A DNA stretch of 64,000 nucleotides from Fistulifera solaris. Taxonomy: Eukaryota. The stretch spans positions 806,001 to 870,000 of the forward strand of contig AP026127.1 in NCBI GenBank assembly GCA_030295235.1, read 5' to 3'. Of this stretch, positions 25,306 to 36,223 are shown one piece after another (position 1 is the first letter of the stretch; every line of letters begins with the position of its first letter). Position numbers and translations under genes: made by a program. The notes under the pieces were generated by a model. That model was not told where the DNA came from and ran no database searches. It saw only the letters and a list, made by a program, of their open reading frames with translations.

Positions 25306-26183
25306 TTAATTTGTGCCGATCATGATAAGATCAATCTTCTGCACGGCTCTATCCGATGCAACCTACAAACAAATACGGAGTATAGCATTTCGGTTCCTTA
25401 GCAAATTACCAGGTACTTGTAGGGTCGGTTTCCACGGTCCTAGACCAAGGAGGTTTTACCTTCTTGTCCTGGACTACAGCCGGGGATAATAGCTAGAGAT
25501 CTGCTATCAGTTTGCTATCAGATATCGAACATGAAATGGCATTTAGCTCTAAATACGATATATTTTCCCGGAGACAATACTGATTTTTTTCAATTGATGT
25601 AGACTAGTAATTGTCTAATAAAGATCGAAAGACTTAAAAATTTACTATAGGCTAGAGTGTTTTCCGTATTTCACCACGAACCACGACTGCATTTTCAGTC
25701 ATGAGTCAGGAACAACGGAATCAATGTTGTGAGCCCACGAGTTCATCCTTCGCTTATTTAAATCGCTTTTCTGTGCTTACGCTACTTTTTTGCATGATAC
25801 GGTTGTTAATAACAGCATTTTGTAAAGGCTGAAGCTAGTAGAGAGAGTTTTGCCCGTGTTTCAAAGCGACCTACAAACTTCGATTGACATTTTTCAAATA
25901 CACAGATTTTCCGAGGAGGGGAAGACACCAAGTACCACATTAACAGATTTTCTGTGAACTTGAAGACCTCACTGCATGCAAGAGGGCGCCAAACCGATGA
26001 CTGCTGCGACAGTTGGACGAGTTTTTGTTTTCGATCGATCGTGATCTTGACACGAAAAGTCATAGTTTTCGAGAGCCTGACTAAAGTAACCATTTTGCTA
26101 TTCATTCTAACATCTATCACCATAAAAAAGCTCAGAGCACTTGACAAGCGTTTAAAACGACCCACATCGCCGTTTTGCTTATC

Positions 26184-27053
26184 ATGACCTCAATCGTCGC
26201 TCAAAGAAAAGCAGCTATCGAAGCCCAGCTGAAAGCAAACTCATCGGCGAATGACTCAAGTCCTCCGACATCCGCTCCAAAACGAGCTTCTACAGACGAC
26301 TCATCCCACTATAAAAAGTACAATATTAAACGGGTGCGAAAGGTATCTCAAGAGACGAAGAAAGGCTGGGGTTTCACCAGGACAACATACGTCATCAAGC
26401 ATGAACAACCCAATTCGACAAATTCGTCGCTCGCACCGGAAGCCCTGCCACAAGATCTGCCGTCACAAAACAGCGCTCAACGCTCCGCTTCACCACCAAA
26501 ACCTGTAGGGAGATTTCGTGCTGCGGTACCGCAAGAAGCCGAGACGCAACCTCCGGTAGAAAACGTGTATTATTCGGACGGTCCTGAAACAGTATCGCTG
26601 CAGTATTCGGAACAGGAAGACTTTGAAGACACGCAACCTCGCTCAGCAGCTTTTACCCATCAGGTTGATCAAAGTAGACCAGAGGCGTTCCGGTCATCCT
26701 ACGACGAGCAGCCATCAAATGTAACACAATCAGCACCTCAAAAACCCTATTCGATTCAGCGAACAGGAAAAAGTGCCGCCTACGTTCCTTCTTTACCAGA
26801 AAGACGCAAACCCGTGGTTCGCGAAATGGCCGACACAAATCCCTCACAAGATAAAGAATACGAAGGTAGCTGGCAAGCTAAGAAGATGTTGCCACCTCAG
26901 CCACACCCGGGTATGCCCACGCCAGACATGGCCGCCGCTGCAGCGGAAAAGTACAACAAAAACAAGCACAGAATTCAAAAAGCTGTGCGAAAGTTGGAAG
27001 GTGAAGAAGACCCGGCGGCAAAACGTGGAGCCGGTTGTTGTGTTATTTTGTAG
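26184..27053 (+). CDS. disordered hypothetical protein with C-terminal CaaX box (GCCVIL)
   Basis: Open frame from ATG 26184, Pro/Ser/Gln-rich, ending KRGAGCCVIL-stop. Confidence 0.7.
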   Translation: MTSIVAQRKAAIEAQLKANSSANDSSPPTSAPKRASTDDSSHYKKYNIKRVRKVSQETKKGWGFTRTTYVIKHEQPNSTNSSLAPEALPQDLPSQNSAQRSASPPKPVGRFRAAVPQEAETQPPVENVYYSDGPETVSLQYSEQEDFEDTQPRSAAFTHQVDQSRPEAFRSSYDEQPSNVTQSAPQKPYSIQRTGKSAAYVPSLPERRKPVVREMADTNPSQDKEYEGSWQAKKMLPPQPHPGMPTPDMAAAAAEKYNKNKHRIQKAVRKLEGEEDPAAKRGAGCCVIL

Positions 27054-27504
27054 ACAAGCAAGGGGCATTTAATTGTGGTCAATCTCCGCCTCCACCTGCA
27101 GGATTGAATCTGATTTATTGAGGCTATTGAATTTCATGAAGGGTGTACCTTCTTTTTATTGGTGAATTTGACGATGTAGTTGGAGGTTCCGTAATAATGG
27201 AGTGAGTGATCTTGAGAAGCAAGTACGGGAATGTGGCTATACCGATGTGATGTTGATGTGCGCGCCGACTCCCGTGAAATCCCGATTGATGGCAGCTTCT
27301 CATCTTTGTAAAGTAAAGAAACCAGTTCTGTTCGGTTCGTAAGATGTTTTCATCGTTGTGTTCTCATTCTCATCGCCATGCATCCTCGCGGCCCTCCCAC
27401 CTTCCATCAATCGAGTGGATCCTTTTTTCGCATCATCGTTATCAGCCATGCGGACCAAACAATTATTTCAAGCATATACACTCGTCTTTCTCAGCACATC
27501 AATA

Positions 27505-27663
27505 ATGGGTGATGATACTGCCCCCGGCGACGAGAAATCCGCCCACGGGGAAGAACCGAAGACTTATCCTATTGCTGGAAGTGACAACAAGGATATCGAT
27601 ACCGTAGAAGTGCAACGCCTCGCATGTGAATGCGGAGACCCGGGCCTTTGTCCATGTATCTGA
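27505..27663 (+). CDS. possible small (52 aa) protein with Cys-rich C-terminus
   Basis: MGDDTAPG...LACECGDPGLCPCI-stop; ATG in an A-rich context. No homology recognised. Confidence 0.35.
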   Translation: MGDDTAPGDEKSAHGEEPKTYPIAGSDNKDIDTVEVQRLACECGDPGLCPCI

Positions 27664-28178
27664 TAGTCCACGATAGTATATCTGCCGGGCAAAAACATCG
27701 CTTAGCGGGTACTAATGCATTTTTAAAATAGGTGACGAGGGTTTACATTTTGCATGATTTTGGCTCGCACCAAGCGGATTGCGAGAGACGAATAAGTCTT
27801 GAACTGCAGAAAACATTCAATCTTCTTCTTCACGAGAGTACAGACATAGCAGTTGTTGTATCCGTCGATATATTAACCCATTTACTTGAATAATGCGTCG
27901 AAACAATGAGATGCATTCTAGCTAGACTTGATCAATGTTGTACTGTAGTTTGTATAATAAGACGGAAACCGGAAAGACTTACTTCTATTTTTGTCCGCGA
28001 GGGGGGACTTTTTCGCTGCGCCGCGCGCCGATGGGCGTGATAATTCAAAATTGAAACGAAAAGACGAGGGCGAGAGACTTATTGTTGAAAGTGACCCTCT
28101 TGGTCCATTCAACTTTCTTTCATCTTGATCGCCCCAACTTGAGTCACCATACATTCGTTCGCATTTAACGTGTTAAGA

Positions 28179-28854
28179 ATGTCGCGCACCATCTCAAGAC
28201 AGCAATCCACGTTAGCGTTCCTTGTCTTCTGGTGTCTGTTGAGCATGTGTCGCGGGGCGTTCGAGTGCCCCGCAGCGACTGCTCCTTGCATGAATGAGGA
28301 AAATCACGCTCAGTGCATGAAACTATTGGAATCTGGTTGCGAAGAATTCGATACGTTCGAAAGTTGCCCATTACAGTTCGCTTGTAGTAAGCAGTTGGTG
28401 ACAGATGCTTGTGTCACACTTCTCGTGTTTCCAGACGACAAGTGCACCGGAAAACCTTTGCAAAAAATGACATTTCCGACGTTTAGTAAACCAAGGAACG
28501 ATTGCTGTAAGTTGCAAGTGCGCTCGTTCCTTTGTTCGTGAATGATTGCAGCGTCCTGACTCCTTCATCACATTGTGACGACCGAATTCACTTACAGATC
28601 ACGATGAAGCCACGAAAAATCTTTCCATTCAAAGTCGGTATTGCGACAGAGAAACCGGCAACTGGCATGAAACGGTTTATTTTGGATCCGAAGACTGTGG
28701 AGAGACAAAGCCATGGTGGCAGTTCTGGTCGACAAAATCAATGGATATTGTGTTTACGCCCGATAACTGCGTTGATGGATATCGATTGGGGAAATGTCAA
28801 TTTCAACCATGCGACAGTGAAATGAACGGAAAGGCTGCCACAGCAGATTCATAA
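28179..28854 (+). CDS. small secreted Cys-rich protein; intron 28507-28597
   Basis: Signal peptide LAFLVFWCLLSMCRGA. The GTAAGT..TTACAG intron gives an in-frame second exon YHDEATKNLSIQSRYCD...CQFQPCDSEMNGKAATADS-stop. Confidence 0.75.
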
Positions 28855-29077
28855 TCGGCGTATTGCACCATGTAGTTCGTGCATTGATTGTAGTAAAGAA
28901 TTTTGTTTAAGTTATTTCAAACCTAAGGCGTAGACATCCGATTAAGATAATTGTCATGACGGCGATTGCTTCGACAAATAATCTCAAAGGTATCGGTGAT
29001 TTCAATTCCAGTTGTTATAAAAGTGATCATGGCACTCAGAGCGATGCCATGACATTCTACAGTCGACTGCTGGAATA

Positions 29078-29657
29078 TCATTCTTTGAACACAAGAATGG
29101 GCTTTTGGGTCACATCTACGAACTTTCCACCTTTCGTTCTCGGGATTTCAAACGTCACTTTCCCTTCTTGTTTGAGCTTCTCGACCTCACTATCGGCCAG
29201 TGCAACGAACGTCCCGTCAGGCTTCTTGACCAAAGTTTTTCCGACGACGCCGAAAAAGTCTGGGTAGTTTTTCATGTAATACGCGTCTAGCGCTTCCTGC
29301 ACAGCAATGTGTTATGATTTATGAGTTTCAAAGAGAAGAGAATGTGCGTTTAATGGTTTCTGTTGATGTCGGCATTTAACTCCATGTTGTGTCGTCGCGT
29401 ACCTGTTGATACCGTTCCCTGTTGATGGCACTCTTCTCTTGCAACGACCGAATGAGTTCATTTCCCTCACTGAGATCACCACAGCCTTCACCCACTCCAG
29501 CGGAGCAGTATTTGCTGGAAATCACAGCTTCGGCAGGCGACGATGAGGCCACGAAAGCTCCCACAAGGGCTTGTTGCAACAGATGGCGTCGACTGGTTGT
29601 CGGTTGGTAGCCGCTAGCCGAACCGATTAGCGAGATCAATATCAATGTTGATCGCAT
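29078..29657 (-). CDS. thylakoid-lumen PsaN-like family protein with tripartite targeting; intron 29297-29402
   Basis: Signal peptide, then twin-Arg SRRHLL..hydrophobic..PAEA. The mature LQEKSAINRERYQQEALDAYYMKNYPDFF resembles plant PsaN-like small lumen proteins (from memory). The intron keeps the frame. Confidence 0.6.
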
Positions 29658-29979
29658 TGATACAAACTATGATAATATTATCGGAATAGAAATAATGATA
29701 TTATCGATTCATTCGCTTATCGCGTTATTTTGTTGTTTGAATGAATGTTGCCGTGTTTTTCTCGATCAGGCGTCGATGACGTCATCGATTGATGTATACA
29801 GTGTAAAGGTGCAGCAGCGACAACGCTAACCTTTCAAAAAAAAAACGTCGCTGACGCCGTATGGCGGAAAGGTTGCATCGATGCGATGATACTCTTATAC
29901 GAAAACAGCCTTCTTTGGCAATCCACGCATTCACCTTTGTGGAGATCGACTGCAATGCGTCAAACGCATGAAAAAATAC

Positions 29980-30670
29980 AATGTCTACGTGATTTCACGT
30001 AGCTCTCGTAGAGAAATTATTTATCGACAGAGGGGAACCCGGATGTCGAATCTTTCGATGACTTCGATCATTCCCTTTCCGCGTCTTTTGGACAACAATG
30101 TCAACAAACCTTTGCCCAACACCGCTTATCCGTGACATGAAACATGAATTAGTAGAAAGATACGACGCTTCCAATGTCTACGCATTTTTTCGTAGCCGCC
30201 GTAGGAAATTTATCTCTACAGGGGGACCCGGATATGGTGTTTTCCCCGATCATCCAATTCTTGAATTTAAAATGCCCAAATGTCAGCGTTTCCTTATCCA
30301 CCGTATTTGGTTCGTATCGATAAGCAATAATCGCGTTAGAATTGAGAACAAAACGTTGATGGAACGAATGATGCAACGCACCGAATGTCTACGTGATTTC
30401 ACGTAGCTGTCGTAAGGAAATTTATCCACAGAGGGGAACCCGGATGTCGAATCAATTTTCGATGATTCAATCACACCCTTCTCCACGTCTTTTGGGCACC
30501 AATGTCAACAAACCTTTGTCCCATATCGCTTATCCGTGACATCAAACAATAATCGACGTTTACATGACCTTGAAACATGAATTAGTAGAAAGATACGACG
30601 CTTCCAGTGCCTACGCATATTTTACGTAGCCGCCGTAGGAAATTTATCTCTGCAGGGGCACCCGGATATA
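29980..30670. repeat. two imperfect direct repeats (~255-285 bp), each containing two copies of the ~60-bp palindromic element
   Basis: 29980-30235 vs 30384-30670 share aatgtctacgtgatttcacgtagct..gaggggaacccggatgtcgaatc..aatgtcaacaaacctttg..tgaaacatgaattagtagaaagatacgacgcttcca..cgtagccgccgtaggaaatttatctct..cccggata. Confidence 0.9.
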
Positions 30671-30866
30671 TGAACTCTTTTCTTTCATACGACGAGAGCG
30701 CCTCGATCCTTTCACGCTTCACGCAGCATAATTTTGCTACTCTCTTATTAACCTACAGTATCCATCACATCGAGATAAAAATCACTCAGTATCGTTCCTT
30801 TCCTTTTCCATTCGAAGGAATTTTGCTTCTTGAAGAAGCACAGTACCGTCGAAACAATCTTTTCCC

Positions 30867-31349
30867 ATGGCGCCTTCTGCCACACTGAGCGGTCCTATGA
30901 AGGCTCATGCTGTCCCCTTGGAACCCGGTGACGATCTCGTCTCATCACTGCAGCGCGCTGCGAACGATTTATCCCAAAACAATTGTTTTGTCATTTCAGC
31001 AGTCGGCTCCCTATCCAGCGTCACCTTGCGTATGGCCAACGCGACGGCGCAAGGCACCGCGACGATCCGCACTTGGAATGAAAATATGGAGATTCTTTCC
31101 ATGGTCGGTACATTTGCGCAGCACGACAAACATTTGCATCTTTGTCTGTCGGATGCAACCGGAGCCACCCTTGGAGGACATTTAGTTGCTGGTACGGTGT
31201 ATACGACTCTTGAGCTTGTGCTCGGAACTATTGAAGGAATCCGCTTTGAACGCGCTTTCGATCAAAGAACTGGTTTCAGAGAGCTTGCCGTCACCTCGTT
31301 GACGTCTGAAAACACAGCCAGAGACGAAAAGAATGAAGCACAGAAGTAG
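30867..31349 (+). CDS. PPC/DUF296 domain protein
   Basis: Motifs LEPGDDLVSSL, VISAVGSLSSVTLR, EILSMVGT, HLHLCLSD..G.TLGGHL and VYTTLELVLG..F.R.FD.RTGFREL. Confidence 0.88.
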   Translation: MAPSATLSGPMKAHAVPLEPGDDLVSSLQRAANDLSQNNCFVISAVGSLSSVTLRMANATAQGTATIRTWNENMEILSMVGTFAQHDKHLHLCLSDATGATLGGHLVAGTVYTTLELVLGTIEGIRFERAFDQRTGFRELAVTSLTSENTARDEKNEAQK

Positions 31350-31899
31350 TATTTACCTCAGTATATTGCTGGTGCACGAGCAGAATGGAGGGCCAGCCAT
31401 CAAAATTGATTGACCGAGTCGCCCTTTTCCCGCTTTCATTCTAATTGAACCTTCGCCAAGTGATTGGCCCAAATTCACAATTCACCTCTTAAATGGTGGA
31501 ATGCGCTCGGTTCGTCGACGCGTCTAATTTATAACACGGATACATCTGACGTCCCCTCGTGGAATGAGTGACCTTCTTACACGATATAGTTCGGTCTTGT
31601 GAGTCGGAGTCGCGAGCTGGAAAGTCGATAAAACTAGAGAGATTAGAGAAAAGGAAACAGGACCAGGCACCACGACGAGAGCACTCGCCATAAAGTGTTA
31701 CTCCTTAATACTTGCTCTTGAATAAAGTGGTCAGTGTAATGACGACAGACGACCACTCGTCTTGAATCCAACTCGCAACAAAATACTACTCCGTAATTCG
31801 TATAGTCTAGGTGAGAGAAATGAAACAGATCATCATGATCATGAATCATTAAGCCATTGAACCTTGAAAAGTTTTGTATTGTCCTCAATCCTAACTAAC

Positions 31900-32410
31900 A
31901 CTCAAATAATCTACCTGGTAACGAGTAATGACTGCTATAATGAGTAATGACTAATGACTACTCCGAAATATTTTAGTTGGGCGTTAGCGTGAGGGCTTAC
32001 GGCTTGAAATAATGACGAACGGTGAATGGCTAATGGCTAATGGCTAATGGCTATGCGCAATGCAAGAAGCCGAAGAACTTTATGAGGATCATGGATCATG
32101 CCTATGCGGTCATCATTGGTCATTTGATACTATGTAGGTTTCAAACTGTTCTAAGTTCAAACATGGTCCATGTTCTGCATTTCTTGTTTAGATATCATTT
32201 CGTAATTCTTGTTTCTTGTTCTCCCTCCGAATCGGATGATACGCGAATACCTATAATCTAATCAGCTAACAGCGAATGGAAGCTAATATTTTGGTTTCTT
32301 GCCATCTTCGAACTTCAACGTTCGATGTACATAAAGAACGGTACAATAGAATAGTCTTCGTCATTCGTCAACGTTCACAGTCAGCAGTCAGCAGGCATGA
32401 GCCATGAGCA
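31900..32410. repeat. zone of heterogeneous ~7-bp tandem duplications
   Basis: (aatggct)4 at 32025-32052, plus (taatgac)2, (ggatcat)2, (cagtcag)2 and (catgagc)2. Confidence 0.85.
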
Positions 32411-32523
32411 CAAGAAGATCAACCGCATTACATCGATCGCATATCGCATCCATCATCGCTATCAAAATCACTATCAGCAACGCACTGTCAAGAGGAAGAA
32501 CGTCAGTGCAGTTAACATATAAC

Positions 32524-33194
32524 ATGAACTCCTGTTCCCCTAGCCCGAGTCAACAGAACAACCTAGCAATCGAACTGCTTTTCCAAGGAAAGGTCGCCGA
32601 AGCGAAAGCACTCTTCCGCGAAGCCATCGCCAACACAAAGAATGTCCTCGGCTATGCCGAATACGTCACTTTGGTCGTGCCAAGTTCATCACCTTCACCA
32701 AAGCTTCGAGGCGTGTTGTTACCTCAGGAGCTAAAGGAATACCAGGCTCGCCAGGATCGCTGCGCTATTCCGATGTTCCACAAAGTTTTGTCACTCCCGA
32801 ACACGTGGGGCCTGAGAATCTCGATCTCGTATCAGCATCCATCTTTTACAATTTGGCCGTAACAAACTCCATTGGAAAGAACGAGTGTGCTTCCTACAAT
32901 CTCGAACACAGATTATACAGCTTATCTACAGAGATGCTCAACGCTTCTGGTTACTTTCATGATCCTTCGTGTTGTCTTTTGTTACTGGCTTTATGTAACA
33001 ACATAGCGCAAAGCTCTTTCTGTGACGGTCGGGTCGACGAAACGCGAGCAGCGCTTCGAGAGATGTTGTACCTACTGGAATCACGACCGCGGGATGATTC
33101 CATGGAGGAACAGGACGTTCAGTTTTTCTATTTGAACACCCTGCTCATGAAACACTGTGATCAAATGCAATCCATTTGCTCTCCAGCGGCTTGA
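32524..33194 (+). CDS. diatom-type TPR-like helical protein (paralog of 58887-59519); frameshift near 32795
   Basis: Motifs NNLAIELL..G....A...FREA, MFHKV, SASIFYNLAV, LYSLS, LLLLALCNNIAQ and FFYLNTL..SPAA-stop. The same motif series occurs in ORF 58887-59537. Confidence 0.75.
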
Positions 33195-33779
33195 TTCCCA
33201 AGTCGCGGCTACCACCTGTGATTCCTTAGTTTTGACGTTCAAGGATTCATTGTCTTCGTTATTACATGTTAACCATAACAATTCAAAGAATCTCTTTTTC
33301 TGTATGCAGTTTTTGTTGTGTCGCAATGGATTTTGCGCGTTTCTGTGTCACGAGTCTGACGCTATACCAGGGCACTGTCGACTATAGTGAAAAGTGTAGG
33401 CGCTACTTTCCACGACTGCAAATTCAGTAAATAAATAATGAAAAAAAATACATTCCTGAGCTACATAGTGCTACCTACAAATCATTCATTCGACAAAGTT
33501 CTTGAGCTACACTTGTCGTTGTTGCAATGAAATAGTCCTTGGCAGCGTTTGCATCACACGCCTTGTTATTTTGTACGTCGAACTCCTGCGAAACGTTGTC
33601 TGCCGTATTTTACTATGAACCAAAGTGTTGTCCGTTTTCGCCAAGACTGCACTTCAGTCATGAGTCATGAAGCCCAACGATGCGACGCGTGTTTGCATGA
33701 CAATGATGGATCTCGACGTGGTTTTGCTAAGCGCGATTTCTTTTCAAATTGCGAACAATTAAAACCATGTTTGTTTTAA

Positions 33780-34676
33780 ATGATTACTGTACTTTCTCTG
33801 TTTTTGTTTACTTCGGATTTGACGGACGGCTTGAATGATTGTGCCGCAAAAATGCCCATCCGCTACATGACCGTCGGAGACCCTTCCCGACGCATTGCCG
33901 TCGCACGAGACGATCGATCCAGTGAAATTGGCGTCATGTTTCTTCCAGGCTTTCATTCGAAAATGACGTCCAACAAGGGGAACGCGATTTCGGACTGGGC
34001 TCGTACGCGCAACTGTTCTTGTACTTTGTTCGATTATTCCGGCCACGGCGCATCGGAGGGAAATATTCAAGAAGGCACGATTAGTCGCTGGTTGGAAGAA
34101 AGCATGCATGTCTTTTCCAAGCAGACGAAGGGAAAGCAAATACTAGTTGGCTCTAGTATGGGCGGATATCTGGCGCTTTTACTTTGGAAGCATCAGTTGA
34201 AAAAATCCGCACAGGAGGCGACCCGAATTCATGCCTTGATCTTGATTGCTCCTGCCTGGGATTTGACGGAGAAACTCCTTTGGAATAATTTCTCGCCACA
34301 GATTCAGAAGCAGATCTGGTCGAGTGGTGTGTACTATCGTCCCTCGGCGTACGGAGAGGGTCCTTATCCCATAACGCGGCAGTTTATTGGAGACGGTCAA
34401 AAACATATGTTGTTTGCTGATGGCTGGCAATTTCCAAAACCGAGTCCCCCCATACGAATAGTGCACGGAGTTCGAGATGAAGATGTTCCACACACGCATT
34501 CTAGTCAACTGATTGATTTGCTTGATAACATGAACACGAAGCTCCAATTGGTGGAAGATGGCGATCACCGGTTGTCGCGACCGCAAGATTTGGTGCTACT
34601 GTGCGCGATACTCGACGCTGCATTGAGCAGCGATCCTGCTGATACACGCACAAAGGATGACGAACCAGTTATTTGA
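33780..34676 (+). CDS. alpha/beta hydrolase, ABHD10/alphaproteobacterial-type
   Basis: Motifs FLPGFHSKM..KG, FDYSGHGASEG, GTISRWLEE, LVGSSMGG (nucleophile), LIAPAWDLTE, HGVRDEDVP and DGDHRLSRP. Intronless; the start may be at ~33852. Confidence 0.88.
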   Translation: MITVLSLFLFTSDLTDGLNDCAAKMPIRYMTVGDPSRRIAVARDDRSSEIGVMFLPGFHSKMTSNKGNAISDWARTRNCSCTLFDYSGHGASEGNIQEGTISRWLEESMHVFSKQTKGKQILVGSSMGGYLALLLWKHQLKKSAQEATRIHALILIAPAWDLTEKLLWNNFSPQIQKQIWSSGVYYRPSAYGEGPYPITRQFIGDGQKHMLFADGWQFPKPSPPIRIVHGVRDEDVPHTHSSQLIDLLDNMNTKLQLVEDGDHRLSRPQDLVLLCAILDAALSSDPADTRTKDDEPVI

Positions 34677-35290
34677 ATTCCGAAAAGAAACGTTTTGCAA
34701 GCCGAGCCGGCGTTTGCTGCATTCCGGCGGATGCTTGTGTGCGCGCGAACCAATGAAAGACGGCCTTCATGTGTTCACGTAATAAAAGCGCTCCATTCAG
34801 CCAGTGATTGAGGCAAAACGTGCAATACTGGAAGATTAATATTGCTCATTCATGGCTCATTCATGGCCATTTGATTATGAACCCATTTGTTTTCGAAATG
34901 GCGCGTCGATAGAAAGTCGCCGTTTTTGAGAACGAAGCAACTCAAGGAAATGAAGGGAAATTTTCTAAGAACAATCTACGCCTTGTGAATGAAAAGATAT
35001 TTTATTTCGAGTACTTGAGAGGACCCCGAAACGTGTCACTCCAGCGTGGCAGTGTATGTGCGCGGAGACTAAATAGTCGCACCTCTGCTGTGGAACATTC
35101 GTCTCTTGTCTTTGCGTCCCCACACAAGGGATTTTCCGTTCCACGACCCCCATAGACCTCATCAACGAGTGAACACTGCTTGGGGTATTGATGTAATGGC
35201 AGTGAGTTGAGTTTCCAACTCAATATCACAAATTTTGGGTCAGTGCGCTCCACACTCTTCCGCAAACAAATCCTTTTTACGCACGCGAAC

Positions 35291-35620
35291 ATGTCGAATA
35301 TCCAGTCTCTCCTTACCATTTTCTATTTGCTTCTTTTGAGTCGCCACGCAAGTGGTCAGGTTGCTGGCCGTCGTATGCAAGTTCGTAAGCTTGGAAAGGG
35401 CTATTCGAGCCCGTGGATGGAGGGAAGTTTTGGATGACAAGAAGGAGGTGTGTCTCTGACGATGTGTTAACCTCAATACTGCTCTGTTTTATCTCTTACA
35501 AGTGCTTTTCTGCAGATGGAATACTACTGCAGCCATTCCGTCGAAACGTCCTTGTCTATGAGTTGGTCCATGAGTTACCCTATTCATGCACACGGAAAGA
35601 AGCGCAAATTGAAAGCCTAA
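35291..35620 (+). CDS. putative small secreted protein with SMSxSMSY motif; needs one frameshift (~35395-35410) and intron 35448-35515
   Basis: Signal peptide MSNIQSLLTIFYLLLLSRHASG and an RRM motif. A GT..CAG intron leads to MEYYCSHSVETSLSMSWSMSYPIHAHGKKRKLKA-stop. Confidence 0.45.
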
Positions 35621-36223
35621 GTCGCTTCCATGGATGCTCCCCATTTTTTCCTTAGTTACGAATGCTCTGTCAAATTCCGTAAAGAAAGAAAGTGGGATGT
35701 ACATTGGCAGTGTTATATGTTGGCTGTTAAATGTTGATGGTTACTATCGTTTTCGTAACCAATAAATTGAAAAATGTCGTTACCAGATTGAAAATTCATA
35801 TATTGCTTTAGGCCACGCCAACATTAGCTTAGCGGTCGATTGAAACACTCATTCTAGTTCATGGTGTGTTTGCTTTGGCCTGCTGTTCAGCTACGAACTC
35901 CGAAATTATAGCTATAGCTCATCGCGAGCGTGGACGATGTCCAGCGTGGGATCGAATCACGAGCGCGACTCGAGCATAACCTTATCTTCGCCTGTGCGAC
36001 ACGCACCACGTTGTCGGTGTCGAACGCTTTTATTTTCAACCGACTTTATTGCTTCACTGCGACCATGGACGATTGATTACCTTGTAATGCGAGAGCATAC
36101 CAGTCTCTACCGATATTACTAATAGGCTCAGCATTCAATCCAGATGATCGACGCATTGATTTAAGGTCGAATTGACAAGGAGCACACCGCAAGCCATGTC
36201 GACGTTTTTTTCGATCAGCGGCA

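Noticed and set aside
30098..30406. 102-aa ORF within the nested repeat
   Set aside because: The second repeat copy does not preserve the frame, so it is treated as non-coding repeat.
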